Notes: generated from the letters alone by a model not told the origin. DNA of 53,091 bases from Planctomycetota bacterium (GCA_041161465.1 JBEAUK010000127.1:1-53091), one strand, 5' to 3'. Shown: positions 18,317-28,513, numbered from the stretch's first letter. A program made the numbers and translations.

Positions 18317-19816
18317 GTGGAGTGCAGGATGGCAAGCGTGTTCCGTGTCCATTGCCCGTCGATCCAGGCGATCGTGCTCGCGACGCGCGCCGAGGTCGTT
18401 CGTCGACCCGCGCGCGAGGCGACCTCGCTCACGACCGACACGCGCGACGACCTCCGCGAGGCGTGCTTCGTGGCGCTCAAGGGCGAGCGCTTCGATGGCC
18501 ACGAGTTCGTGGCAGGCGCGGCGGCGGGGGGCGCCGCGTTCGCGATCGTCGAGCAGCCGCTGTCCGAGGAGGCGCTTGCGCGACTTCCAGCGGGTTTCGG
18601 CGTGCTGCGCGTGCGCTCGACGCGCGCGGCGCTTGGCGCCATCGCGCACGCCTGGCGCAAGAGCATTCTCCGGCTGCGTGTCGTGGCCGTGACCGGCAGT
18701 GCGGGCAAGACGACAACCCGTCGGCTGATGGAAGGCATTCTTTCGGAGGCCGGCGTCACCCACGCGAGCCCGAAGAGCTTCAACAACGACATCGGCGTGC
18801 CGCTCACGCTGCTCTCGACTCCGGACGACGCCAACTACCTCGTGGCGGAGATCGGGATGAACCACCCCGGCGAGATCCTTCCGCTCACAGAGCTTGCGGA
18901 GCCCGAGGTCGCGATCGTGACGCTCGCGGGTCGCGCGCACCTCGAGGGACTCGGCTCGGTGGAGGCGGTCGCCGCCGAAAAGGCGTCGATTCTGGCAGGG
19001 GTGTCCGCGGTCGGCGTGGGTGTTGTGAACGGAGACAACCCGCCGCTCCTCGCCGCCGTCGAGTCCCTCGTTGCGGAGGAGCGCGGTCCAACCCGAATCG
19101 TCCGGTTCGGGACAAGCGCGGGGTGTCACTACAGGCTCGTCGGCCGGGAGCCAAGGGGTTCCGGCCAGGAGATCATCGTGGCGGTTCCGCGTGCCTTCAC
19201 GGTCGAGGCGGGAGACGAGGACGCACCGGTCGGTCCGAGGCGCTACACGCTTGCGATGCCGGGCGAGCACAACGCCCGCAACGCCCTTGCAGCGATCGCC
19301 GCGGCGACCGAGATGCACATTCCCGACGACGCGATCCGCCGCGGGCTCGCCAAGGTCGCGGCCTCGGACATGCGCCTCGAGCGCGTCGAAGTGGCGGGGC
19401 GTGTGATCTACAACGATGCCTACAACGCCAACCCTGACGCCATGATCGCCTCGCTTGCAGCCTTCGCGGAGCTCGCTGCAGGAGCCCCACGCCGCGTCGC
19501 CATCCTCGGCGAGATGCGCGAGCTTGGCGCCGACGCGCGCGACCTGCACGCGGAGGTCGGCCGGGCGGCGGCGGCGCGCCTTGGCGCAGGCGACGCGCTC
19601 ATCGCGGTCGGACCGCATGCAGACGCACTCATCGAGGCAGCGCGCGCCGCTGGCTTCGGCGGCGATCTGCTCGCGGCGTCCGAGTTTTCTGACTCGTTCG
19701 CCGCGGAGAGCGCCGCCGTCGTACCCTCAGGAAGCGCCGTGCTTTTGAAGGGAAGCCGGGGCGCCCGCATGGAGCGATTCCTCGAACCGCTGCGGTCGGC
19801 GTTCGCGTCGGCGTGA
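18317..19816 (+). CDS. murF: UDP-N-acetylmuramoyl-tripeptide--D-alanyl-D-alanine ligase
   Basis: P-loop VTGSAGKTTT and MurF C-terminal motif NDAYNANPDAM. Follows murE as in dcw clusters. Alternative start at 18329. Confidence 0.9.
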   Translation: MECRMASVFRVHCPSIQAIVLATRAEVVRRPAREATSLTTDTRDDLREACFVALKGERFDGHEFVAGAAAGGAAFAIVEQPLSEEALARLPAGFGVLRVRSTRAALGAIAHAWRKSILRLRVVAVTGSAGKTTTRRLMEGILSEAGVTHASPKSFNNDIGVPLTLLSTPDDANYLVAEIGMNHPGEILPLTELAEPEVAIVTLAGRAHLEGLGSVEAVAAEKASILAGVSAVGVGVVNGDNPPLLAAVESLVAEERGPTRIVRFGTSAGCHYRLVGREPRGSGQEIIVAVPRAFTVEAGDEDAPVGPRRYTLAMPGEHNARNALAAIAAATEMHIPDDAIRRGLAKVAASDMRLERVEVAGRVIYNDAYNANPDAMIASLAAFAELAAGAPRRVAILGEMRELGADARDLHAEVGRAAAARLGAGDALIAVGPHADALIEAARAAGFGGDLLAASEFSDSFAAESAAVVPSGSAVLLKGSRGARMERFLEPLRSAFASA

Positions 19817-19826
19817 CCCGCGGACT

Positions 19827-21059
19827 TTGAAGGCTCGGGGTTCGATTTCCCGATACATCCAGCCCCGAATGTTCTACATCCTGACGACGCGATTCCAAGG
19901 CTGGCTCGATGAGGCGGGGCTCTACCGCGTCATTCAGGTCTTCACGCAGCTTGAGTTCCGGGCGCTTGCGGCCGGCGTCTGTTCGTTCCTTCTTGTGATT
20001 CTGCTTGGCCCGCGCACCATCGCGTACCTCAAGCGGCTCAAGGTCGGCGACAACCCCGAGTTCTACAACCAGGAACTCAACAGCCTGAATCACTCGAAGA
20101 AGGACACGCCCACGATGGGCGGGATCTTGATCTGCGGATCGATCCTGCTGTCGCTCTTCCTCTTCGCCGACTTCGTCCATTCGCGCTATGTGCACCTCTC
20201 GATCGTGGTGCTCGTCTGGCTCGCCGCCGTCGGTGCGTTCGACGACTGGCTCAAGCTGACCGCGGCGCGCCGCGCGGCGGGAACGCGCGAAGGCCTCTTC
20301 GCGAAGGAGAAGCTCCTCTTCCAGCTCGGTTGCGGGGCGCTCGTCGCGTTCTTCCTGTACCAAGCCGCGGATCCGGCGACCAACCCGGCCGCCGTCTCGC
20401 TCAATCTCCCGTTCCAGCGGACCTACGAGCCGTCGACCCTCTCGAACATCGGCGGTGCGCTCCTCAACCCGACGGTGATCATTCTCGGGATCGGCTGGTA
20501 TGTCTTCCTCGGAACCATGTGGATCGCGGGTACCTCGAACGCGGTCAACATCGCAGACGGCATGGATGGGCTCGCGGCGGGCACGATGTCGATCGTCAGC
20601 TTCGTGCTGATGGTCCTCTGCTGGGTGTCGAGCAACCAGACCGCCTCGCAGTACCTCCTTGTGCCGTATGTGCCGGGCGCCAAGGAGCTCATGGTGCTCA
20701 CCGGCGCCATGGGCGGTGCGTGCCTCGGCTTCCTCTGGTTCAACTGCAACCCGGCACGGGTGTTCATGGGCGACACCGGCTCGCTCGCGCTCGGGGGGCT
20801 GCTCGCGTTCGTGGCCTTCTCGATCCGGCAGGAACTCCTGCTGCCGCTGATCGCGGGCATCTTCTACATCGAGCTCGGCAGCACCGCCCTGCAGGTGGCG
20901 TACTTCAAGTCGACGGGCGGGAAGCGCATCTTCCGCTGCGCCCCGATCCACCATCACTTCCACCTCGGCGGCTGGAGCGAGAGCCAGGTCGTGGTGCGAT
21001 TCTGGATCATCACCGCGATCCTCGGGGCGCTCGCGCTCGTATCCGTGAAGCTGCGCTGA
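19827..21059 (+). CDS. mraY: Phospho-N-acetylmuramoyl-pentapeptide transferase
   Basis: Conserved MraY motifs NAVNIADGMDGLAAG, FMGDTGSLALGG and PIHHHF. 10 TM helices. Confidence 0.95.
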   Translation: MKARGSISRYIQPRMFYILTTRFQGWLDEAGLYRVIQVFTQLEFRALAAGVCSFLLVILLGPRTIAYLKRLKVGDNPEFYNQELNSLNHSKKDTPTMGGILICGSILLSLFLFADFVHSRYVHLSIVVLVWLAAVGAFDDWLKLTAARRAAGTREGLFAKEKLLFQLGCGALVAFFLYQAADPATNPAAVSLNLPFQRTYEPSTLSNIGGALLNPTVIILGIGWYVFLGTMWIAGTSNAVNIADGMDGLAAGTMSIVSFVLMVLCWVSSNQTASQYLLVPYVPGAKELMVLTGAMGGACLGFLWFNCNPARVFMGDTGSLALGGLLAFVAFSIRQELLLPLIAGIFYIELGSTALQVAYFKSTGGKRIFRCAPIHHHFHLGGWSESQVVVRFWIITAILGALALVSVKLR

Positions 21060-21101
21060 TTCGCACCGCCCGATCCGCGCCGTCTCGCGTACCTTTCCCA
21101 C

Positions 21102-23447
21102 ATGGCATGGATGTCGGAACGACCGAAGCAGGGCGCACGCCGCGCCTTTAGCCGCTTCGACCGCAGGGTCGGAGCGCTGGCGGTCCTCGCGCTCGGTGCG
21201 CTCTGCGTCCTGTCGATTCAACTCATGCGCCTGTCGGTGGTCGAGCACAGCGTCCACCGTACGAATGTCGAGCGCTATCTCGTCACCAAGCGGCTCTTGC
21301 CGGCGCCACGAGGTCGCATCCTCGACCGCCGAGGCGAGGTGCTCGCCGCGGACCGCGCGAGTTGGGATGTGCTGATCGCCTACGACGCGATCGCCGGCCG
21401 CTGGGCGAGCGACATGGCGCGCCGCGAGCTGATCGCCGAACTGGGGCGCTCGCGCTGGCTCGAGCTCTCGGCGGGCGAGCGCGCGGCCGCGCTCCTCGAG
21501 CGGCAGCGGAAGTTCGATGGCATTCTCGATTCGGTGTACGCCCGCATCATGGAGGCGGGGGGATTTGACCAGGCGGAGCTCGACCGGCGCCTCGATGCCG
21601 TTCTCTCGCGCGCGGCGCGTGAGTCGACCTCGCGACGCCAGGCGCTCGCCGAACGCGAGACACGGCTCTTCGGCGACGATGCCCGGCTGGCCGACATCGA
21701 TCGGGAGCGGGTGGCTTCGCAGCGGGGCTCGCATGTGATTCTTGCGGATGTCGCGGACGAGGTCGCCTTCTACTTCCAGCGCCTTGCGGAGGAGCTGCCC
21801 GGCGCCATCGAAGTCGAGCCGTCCACGCGTCGCACGCGGCCGTGGGACCAGGTCGTGTTCGAACTCGATCGCTCGGATTTCCCGTCGCCGATCCGTTCTT
21901 CGAAACGCGCCACGGTGACGCTGAACGGCGTGGCGGACCACCTGATCGGCACCACGCGGTCACAGGTCTTCCCCGATGAACTCGCGCGACGACCCCTGGT
22001 GAATGCCGAGACGGGCGAGATCGTCGACCTCGGCGGCTACCGAGCCGATCGCGATGTGGTCGGCGCGAGCGGGGTCGAGCGCGTGCGCGAGTCATCGCTG
22101 CGTGGCCTACGAGGCGTGATCGAGCGCCAGCTTGAGCGCGAGACGGAGCGGCGGCTCGATCCGCTTCCGGGCGGCGACACGCAGCTCACGATCGACATCC
22201 GGCTGCAGTCGCGGATTCAGGCGCTCTTCGCGCCCGAATCGCGACTCGCGACGATCCAGCAGTACCAGCGGGGCGTCGACCGGGAAGGCAACCCGCGTGG
22301 TGGTCCGCTCCCGCTCGGATACGAACTCGACGGTGCCGTGGTCGTGCTCGAGATCGAGACAGGCGAGATCCTTGCGGCCGTCAGTCATCCCACGATCGCG
22401 GACGGCGCGCTCATGTCGGCCGAGCGGCGCGCGCGTGAGACGCCAGGCATCTTCCGCCCGGTCGAAGGCGTCTACCCGCCGGGCTCGATCCTGAAGCCGA
22501 TCGTGCTCTGCGCGGCTGCAGCGGAGGGCGTGGTGCGCCCTGGTGAGGAGATCGACTGCAAGGGGCACTACTTCGCCGAGCGAAACGATGCGGCGCGGTG
22601 CTGGATCTACCGACCCGCGGAGGGCCGTGACGCCACGCACGGTCCGCTCGACGCGCGGGGTGCGCTCGCTCGGAGCTGCAACATCTACTTCTATACGCTC
22701 GCAGCGCGCCTCGGCCCCGAGCGACTCGTGTCGTGGTTCGCGCGGTTTGGCGCAGGTCGCGCGCCGGGAACCGGGCTCGGCTTCGAGTCCTCGGAGGCTG
22801 GTTCGCTTCGCGGCGAAGCCGCAGGCAGCCTGCCGACCGAGGTTCAGTTGGCTGAGTTCAAGGAGCGCGGCGATCGCGTCTCGCCGATTCTCCTCGGCAT
22901 CGGACAGGGGCCGCTTGCGTGGACGCCGATGCATGCGGCGAACGCCTTCGCCACGATCGCGCGCGGCGGGCGGTTCCTGCAGCCATGCTTCATCCGTGGC
23001 GAGTCGCGGCCTGCGGCGGTGGATCTCGGGATCCCGCAGACTGCGATCGACGCAGCGCTCGCCGGTCTCCGAGGCTCGGTCACCGAGGACTACGGAACCG
23101 GCCATCACCTCACGCTCGACGGCGGTGCGCGCGAACCGCTTTTCGGATTCGACGACCTCGATGTCTGGGGCAAGACGGGTACGGCCACGGCGCCGCTTCT
23201 CGCGCTCGACGGCGACCGTGACGGCAAGCCGGAGACGCGTGTCCGCACGGATCACGCATGGTTCGTCGGCCTCGTGGCGGAGAAGGGCGAACGACCGAAG
23301 TATGCGGTCGCCGTGCTCCTCGAGAACGGGGGGTCAGGTGGCAAGGTCGCCGCCCCGGTCGGTGCGGCGGTCATGCGGGCTATCGCGGCCGAGGGATACC
23401 TCGGCGAGCGCGCGCGGCATGGATCGGGTGGAGTGCCGAAGTCATGA
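21102..23447 (+). CDS. Class B penicillin-binding protein (peptidoglycan D,D-transpeptidase, FtsI/PBP2-like) with extended N-terminal/pedestal region
   Basis: N-terminal TM anchor. Transpeptidase motifs SxxK (GSILKP), SxN (SCN) and KTG (GKTGTA). Confidence 0.9.
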   Translation: MAWMSERPKQGARRAFSRFDRRVGALAVLALGALCVLSIQLMRLSVVEHSVHRTNVERYLVTKRLLPAPRGRILDRRGEVLAADRASWDVLIAYDAIAGRWASDMARRELIAELGRSRWLELSAGERAAALLERQRKFDGILDSVYARIMEAGGFDQAELDRRLDAVLSRAARESTSRRQALAERETRLFGDDARLADIDRERVASQRGSHVILADVADEVAFYFQRLAEELPGAIEVEPSTRRTRPWDQVVFELDRSDFPSPIRSSKRATVTLNGVADHLIGTTRSQVFPDELARRPLVNAETGEIVDLGGYRADRDVVGASGVERVRESSLRGLRGVIERQLERETERRLDPLPGGDTQLTIDIRLQSRIQALFAPESRLATIQQYQRGVDREGNPRGGPLPLGYELDGAVVVLEIETGEILAAVSHPTIADGALMSAERRARETPGIFRPVEGVYPPGSILKPIVLCAAAAEGVVRPGEEIDCKGHYFAERNDAARCWIYRPAEGRDATHGPLDARGALARSCNIYFYTLAARLGPERLVSWFARFGAGRAPGTGLGFESSEAGSLRGEAAGSLPTEVQLAEFKERGDRVSPILLGIGQGPLAWTPMHAANAFATIARGGRFLQPCFIRGESRPAAVDLGIPQTAIDAALAGLRGSVTEDYGTGHHLTLDGGAREPLFGFDDLDVWGKTGTATAPLLALDGDRDGKPETRVRTDHAWFVGLVAEKGERPKYAVAVLLENGGSGGKVAAPVGAAVMRAIAAEGYLGERARHGSGGVPKS

Positions 23448-24628
23448 GCCGCCGCGCGTTCACGCCAGCGGAACTTTACGAAGGCACGGAGCCCGCGCCG
23501 AGACCGCGCGTCCGCCTGACCTCGCCGGCGTGGATATGCGTCGGCGCGGCGCTTGCGCTCTCGATCCTCGGCGTGGTGGCGATTTCAACCACGGAGCCTG
23601 CCCTCGCGGCGCGGCAGGCGGTCTACCTCGTGGTCGGCGTCGCAGCGGCCGCCCTTGCGACGCTCGTGCCACCCCAGTCGCTTCGGATGGTGTCGTGGTT
23701 CGTGCTCGCGATCGCGGTGGCGCTCCTCATCTTCGTCCTGCTTCCGTTCGTCCCCAAGTCGATCGTGACGCCGCGCAATGGCGCACGCGCATGGATCGAT
23801 CTCGGAATCGTCGACTTCCAGCCTTCGGAACTGGCGAAGATCGCCTTCATTCTCTGCCTGTCGCAGTGGCTCTCGCTGCGCGGGAGCCCGCGCACCGTGC
23901 GGGCGCTGCTTGTGCCGCTTCTGCTCCTCATGGGGCTCGTCGGGCTCATCGTGCTCGAGCCCGACCTGGGCTCGGCGCTCCTCTTCTTCCCGACGATTCT
24001 CGCGATGCTGATCGCCGCCGGCGTTCGATGGCGACATGTCATCGTCGCGCTGGTCGCGGCGGCTGCGATCGGTCCGATCGGCTACTTCGCGGCGTTGAAG
24101 CCGTACCAGCGCGCCCGCATCGATGCGATCGTGGCGCAGGTCAAGGGCGACACGCGCTTCGAGCGGGACATCGGCTTTCAGGGATGGCGCGCCATGCGGC
24201 TCGTCGGCTCTGGCGGGCTGCTCGGAAACGACGCGGATCATGCCCGGGCCCTCGTCGTCTACAACGCGCTTCCCGAGGAGCACAACGACATGATCTTCGC
24301 GGTCGTCTCCTGCCGCTTCGGCATGCTCGGCGGCGCTGCGACGCTCGTCTGCTACGGTCTCTATCTCGTCGGCGCGCTTGCGGTCGCCGTGTCGACGCGG
24401 GACGGTTTCTCGAAACTCGTCGCCGTCGGCATCGGTGCATTGCTCTTCTCGCAGATGGTGGTGAACATCGGCATGACGATCGGACTTCTTCCGATCACAG
24501 GCGTCACCTTGCCGTTCGTCAGCTACGGCGGGAGCAGCCTCGTGGCGTGCTGGGCGCTCACCGGTGTGCTCGTGAGCCTCGGCATCAGGCCGCCTGCGGG
24601 CGGAGACAAGGATCCATTCGATGCGTGA
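23444..24628 (+). CDS. SEDS-family peptidoglycan glycosyltransferase (RodA/FtsW)
   Basis: Start MSRRAFTPAELYEG overlaps the PBP stop (ATGA). Polytopic membrane protein with the conserved SEDS C-terminal region (LPITGVTLPFVSYGGSSLVACW). Confidence 0.9.
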   Translation: MSRRAFTPAELYEGTEPAPRPRVRLTSPAWICVGAALALSILGVVAISTTEPALAARQAVYLVVGVAAAALATLVPPQSLRMVSWFVLAIAVALLIFVLLPFVPKSIVTPRNGARAWIDLGIVDFQPSELAKIAFILCLSQWLSLRGSPRTVRALLVPLLLLMGLVGLIVLEPDLGSALLFFPTILAMLIAAGVRWRHVIVALVAAAAIGPIGYFAALKPYQRARIDAIVAQVKGDTRFERDIGFQGWRAMRLVGSGGLLGNDADHARALVVYNALPEEHNDMIFAVVSCRFGMLGGAATLVCYGLYLVGALAVAVSTRDGFSKLVAVGIGALLFSQMVVNIGMTIGLLPITGVTLPFVSYGGSSLVACWALTGVLVSLGIRPPAGGDKDPFDA

Positions 24629-25388
24629 TGCGCAATCCAAGCCCGAGCGCGGAGGCGAGCCCGACCGCGCGGCTCGCGAGGCAGAGCTCGCCCAGTGGCT
24701 CGCGTTCGACCCCGAGCCGGAGGCGATTCCCTGCGACGAGGCCGCGCGCGGACAGCTGTCGCGGCTCGGCGTTGAGCTCTCGGCCACCGAGGAGTCGCTG
24801 CTGGCGCGGTACCTCGGCATGCTGTTCGCGACGAACGAGCGCTTCAACCTCACGCGAATCGACAAGGAGAGCGCATGGAGCCGGCATGTCGTCGACAGCC
24901 TGACGCTCCTCGGGCCGCTTGCCTCGATGGAGACGGTCGAGAGCGCGATCGACATCGGCTCCGGCGGCGGGCTTCCGGCGATCCCGCTTGCGATCGCCCG
25001 TCCCGACATCGGGTTCACGCTGCTCGAGGCGACCGGCAAGAAGGCTCGGTTCCTCGAGGCGGTGGCGGCGCGCCTCGGGCTCACCAACATCGCGGTCGTT
25101 CAGACGCGCGCCGAGGCCGCGGCCCGAGGCGCGCTCCGCGAGAAGTTCGATGTGGCCACTTCGCGCGCCGTCGGAGCACTCGACGGGCTTGCGCTCATTT
25201 CGATCCCGTTCCTGCGGATCGGCGGGCTCATGCTTGCGATCAAGGGCGAGCGCGCACCCGATGAGATCGGGGCCGCCAAGCAGACGCTCTACGAGCTTCA
25301 CAGCGCCGTGGTGGGCGAGATCCGCACCGAGACCAACACGATCGTGGCGATCGAGAAGCAGCGAAAGACCCCCGCGAAGTTCCCGTGA
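24621..25388 (+). CDS. rsmG: 16S rRNA (guanine527-N7)-methyltransferase RsmG (GidB)
   Basis: SAM-binding motif DIGSGGGLPAIPLAI and the typical RsmG segments (NLTRI, LLEATGKKARFLE). About 50-aa N-terminal extension. Confidence 0.85.
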   Translation: MRDAQSKPERGGEPDRAAREAELAQWLAFDPEPEAIPCDEAARGQLSRLGVELSATEESLLARYLGMLFATNERFNLTRIDKESAWSRHVVDSLTLLGPLASMETVESAIDIGSGGGLPAIPLAIARPDIGFTLLEATGKKARFLEAVAARLGLTNIAVVQTRAEAAARGALREKFDVATSRAVGALDGLALISIPFLRIGGLMLAIKGERAPDEIGAAKQTLYELHSAVVGEIRTETNTIVAIEKQRKTPAKFP

Positions 25389-25397
25389 GCCTCGTGC

Positions 25398-27317
25398 TCA
25401 GGAAGCGTTCCAGTACGCGATGAGGATCGCGACATCCGCGTCGCCCACAACGCCGCTCTCATCAAGGTCGCCGGCACCCGACTCGCCCCAGTTCGTCAGG
25501 AGCAGGGCGAGGTCGCGTGCGGTCACGGCGCCATCATGGTCGAGATCGCAGCGGCGACGCAGCAAGGCTTCCTCGAAGAGCGGAGCATCGGCTGTGTTCA
25601 CCGCGAGATCGCCATTGAAGTCGAATCGCATGCAGGCCGCGTTCGGAACGCCGGACGCTGCGATGCACGCCGACAGCGCCTCGCGATCGGTGCCGCTGAG
25701 ATCGCCGTTGCCGTCGGCATCGCCGAGCAGAGCCGGATGGACGATCGTGTAGAGCCCGGGGAGCGCTCTCCCGATGGAGCGCACCGCACCATCCGGGAAA
25801 TGGACGATCGCCGAGTCGAGCTGCCCGTGGAGCCGCGTGCCGAAGTGGAGCGCGAGGGTGTTCTGCCCGAGATATCCAACGCCACCGGCATGGATCTCCC
25901 GCACAACGGTGCGCTTCCCGATCCGGGCCTCGACGCGTGCGCCGATCGCATCGGTGTTGTGGTCGACACCCTCGAGCCTGAGGCGCACGCTCGAGGGTGC
26001 TGCGGTGGTGGAGTTGATGTAGAGATAGAGGTTCGCCCCGAGGTCGGAGACGATCAGATCGAGGTCGCCGTCGTTGTCGATGTCGGAGCTGACGCTCGAG
26101 TAGCTCCACCGCGTCGGGGCGCCTCCCGCGCCGCCGGCGTTCGGCACGAGGACGGCGGGGGCCAACCCCGGGTTTCGCCAGAGCTTGTTCGAAGCGAGCT
26201 GGTGGTTCACATAGAGATCGAGATGGGAGTCGTCGTCAAGATCGACGAAGAGCGCTCCCCATCCCGTCTCGAGGTCTTCGACTCCCCAAAGCGACTCGGC
26301 ACGGACGAAGGTGCCGTCGCCTTGACCGAGCATGAGTGGATTGACCCCGAACACAGGTGCTTCCGAAGTCGGGATGTTGGTCACGAGAAAGTCGGGAAAC
26401 CCGTTGCCATCGAAGTCGCCGCACGCCGTGCCCATCGAGAAGCACGCCACATCCGCGCCGCTTCCCGAGGAGATCTCCGTGAAACCCCCTGCGTCGTTGC
26501 GCCACAGCTGGTTTTCCTCGAACAGCGGCGAGAGATGGCCGCGATCGTTCGAGACATAGAGGTCTTGATCGCCGTCGAGATCGATGTCGCTGAAGACGCC
26601 GAGAAACGAACGCGCCGGCCGATTCAGGCCGATGGCCGGCGCAAGATCGACGAGCGCGGAGCGATCGTTTCGGTAGAGCCGACTTCGCTGCGACGGAGGC
26701 GGACTGTTGGAGGTCGCATACGACGCGAGGAAGAGATCGAGATCGCCGTCGCGATCGATGTCCGCGAGCGACACGGCTTTCGCGGGCGTGCCCGGCTGAA
26801 GCGAGGCTTCCAGCTGCATGGGCTCGAACTGCAGGCTTCCGAGGTTGCGGTAGATGCGCGAGGCCTGGTTGACCTGCGTGAGGACGATGTCGGGGAGACG
26901 GTCGCCATCGAGGTCAGCGATCGCGATCGCCGAGGCCTGTGGCAGTGCCGCGATCCCGGAGTTCGTCGAGACATTCGCGAAGTACCCGAGACCGTTGTTC
27001 CTGAAGACGCCGACCTGGCCGTTGAGCCGTCCGACCGCGACGATGTCGTCGTCGCCGTCGCGATCGAGATCGGCGCAGGCAACGCCGAACCCGTAGAGCC
27101 CGCTTGACTGTGGAATGGACTGGATCGGGTAGACGAGACCGCGGGCGCTCGCTTGGTTCGCAAGCGTGATCGACTCGGCGGCGACCTCGGGTTGCCCGAT
27201 CATCGAGATCACGGTCGATGCGACAGCAACGGCGCCGCGACGCACCGAAGAGCCGACAGGTCCGATTCGACCAGCAGACATCGAAGACGAGACTACTTCA
27301 CCGCGGGCGCCGTGCAA
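25398..27317 (-). CDS. Secreted FG-GAP/VCBS-repeat protein with ASPIC/UnbV-like domain (CRTAC1 family) and C-terminal dockerin-type repeats
   Basis: Seven or more D-x-D-x-DG-x-x-D FG-GAP-like repeats (DLDRDGDDDIVAVGR, DIDRDGDLDLFLASY, DFDGNGFPDFLVTN…). ASPIC-like RLEGVDHNTDAIGARVEA…GGVGYLGQN. The C-terminus is DLDHDGAVTARDLALLLTNWG…DLDESGVVGDADVAILIAYW (dockerin-like). Confidence 0.75.
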   Translation of the reverse strand: MHGARGEVVSSSMSAGRIGPVGSSVRRGAVAVASTVISMIGQPEVAAESITLANQASARGLVYPIQSIPQSSGLYGFGVACADLDRDGDDDIVAVGRLNGQVGVFRNNGLGYFANVSTNSGIAALPQASAIAIADLDGDRLPDIVLTQVNQASRIYRNLGSLQFEPMQLEASLQPGTPAKAVSLADIDRDGDLDLFLASYATSNSPPPSQRSRLYRNDRSALVDLAPAIGLNRPARSFLGVFSDIDLDGDQDLYVSNDRGHLSPLFEENQLWRNDAGGFTEISSGSGADVACFSMGTACGDFDGNGFPDFLVTNIPTSEAPVFGVNPLMLGQGDGTFVRAESLWGVEDLETGWGALFVDLDDDSHLDLYVNHQLASNKLWRNPGLAPAVLVPNAGGAGGAPTRWSYSSVSSDIDNDGDLDLIVSDLGANLYLYINSTTAAPSSVRLRLEGVDHNTDAIGARVEARIGKRTVVREIHAGGVGYLGQNTLALHFGTRLHGQLDSAIVHFPDGAVRSIGRALPGLYTIVHPALLGDADGNGDLSGTDREALSACIAASGVPNAACMRFDFNGDLAVNTADAPLFEEALLRRRCDLDHDGAVTARDLALLLTNWGESGAGDLDESGVVGDADVAILIAYWNAS

Positions 27318-27365
27318 TGAAAGACCAGGCGATTCAGGCGAGATGGACCGCCCGATTGCGGCGCT

Positions 27366-27866
27366 TCAGCGCGTCTCGCCCAGAAGGGCGTGGAGCGTCG
27401 CCGCAAACGCTGCGATCGTGCCCGCGTCAAGCGAGTAGGTCCCTCCGCGCAGTCCAAGCTGGGCGGGGAGATCGGTGAGGACGACTGGCGGGGCCGAGCC
27501 TCGCTCGACCACCGCGAGCTCTGCACGAACCGGCGAGGCGCCCCGGAAGAGTGCGATCGAGAGGCGCTGTTCGGACGCCTCCTCGAGCGAGTCGCCGACC
27601 GGGTTCGCACGGCCCGAGACGACCTCTGAAGCGGCCTCGGGCGCGGGCATGGCGCGCGCCGCCGCGAGCCCGCGGTGGAGCTCGATGCGCACCGCGAGCG
27701 AGCCGGAATCGCCGTCGCCGTGTTGCTCGATGTCGTCGACGATGCGTCCAACCGTCACCGTCAGCGATCCGTTGCGCCCGATGCGCCAGCGCAGCGACGC
27801 GCTCGCAGCGGCGGGATCGGTGGTTCGACGGGCATACTCGGCGGGCTTGGGTGCCATGCGGGTCAT
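27366..27866 (-). CDS. Hypothetical protein (166 aa); its start overlaps the upstream regulator's stop (ATGA)
   Basis: ATG overlaps the TGA of the upstream regulator gene (cgATGAcccgcATG). No recognisable domain. Ala/Arg-rich. Confidence 0.45.
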   Translation of the reverse strand: MTRMAPKPAEYARRTTDPAAASASLRWRIGRNGSLTVTVGRIVDDIEQHGDGDSGSLAVRIELHRGLAAARAMPAPEAASEVVSGRANPVGDSLEEASEQRLSIALFRGASPVRAELAVVERGSAPPVVLTDLPAQLGLRGGTYSLDAGTIAAFAATLHALLGETR

Positions 27867-28513
27867 CGTGGTGCCCCCAGGACGCGTGCAAGGATCTTGG
27901 TGGCGCGCTCGATGCCCTTGCCCGACTTCGAGATGGTGTTCGCGAGACCGTCGAAGAAGACGCACAGCGCGAGGAGGTCCTCGATCTTCTGGTCGTGCGC
28001 CTTCTCGCGTTCGTTCTTTCGTCCACCGCGTTGCGACACCTTGCAGCCACCGAGCTGCTCGATCAGCGGATCGAACTCGCGTCGCTTCCGGGCGCGGAGA
28101 ATCGTGTAGAAGAGCTTCCAGACATCCTGTTCCGCCTGATGGAACTCACGGCGATCGGTGGAGCGAGCGGCACCACGCGCACCTGCGGAGAGCTTCGGGT
28201 TGACGCGCTGCACCAGACCCCACTCGACCAGTTGCTTCAGGGTGGTCGAGACGCTTCCGCGCGAGATCGAGAGCCGCTCCATGATGTCCTCGGCGGCGAG
28301 CGGCTCGGCGGCGATGAAGAGGAGGGCGTGCACCTCGGCCATGCTTCGCTGGACCCCCCAGCGGGTACCCATTTCGCCCCAGAACCCGATGAACCGATCC
28401 TGCGCCGCGCGGATCTCCTCGTCGCGCGTCACATCGCCGCGCGTCACATCGCCGGGGGCAGGCGCAATGCCTGCTGCGGCTGTTTCGCGGGTGGCTCGGC
28501 GAGCGACGCTCAT
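27863..28513 (-). CDS. GbsR/MarR-family winged-helix transcriptional regulator
   Basis: IGFWGEMGTRWGVQRSMAEVHALLFIAAEPLAAEDIMERLSISRGSVSTTLKQLVEWGLVQRV resembles the GbsR-type HTH. Start set at MSVARRATRE, 33 nt downstream of a 36-bp palindrome. Confidence 0.7.
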   Translation of the reverse strand: MSVARRATRETAAAGIAPAPGDVTRGDVTRDEEIRAAQDRFIGFWGEMGTRWGVQRSMAEVHALLFIAAEPLAAEDIMERLSISRGSVSTTLKQLVEWGLVQRVNPKLSAGARGAARSTDRREFHQAEQDVWKLFYTILRARKRREFDPLIEQLGGCKVSQRGGRKNEREKAHDQKIEDLLALCVFFDGLANTISKSGKGIERATKILARVLGAPR

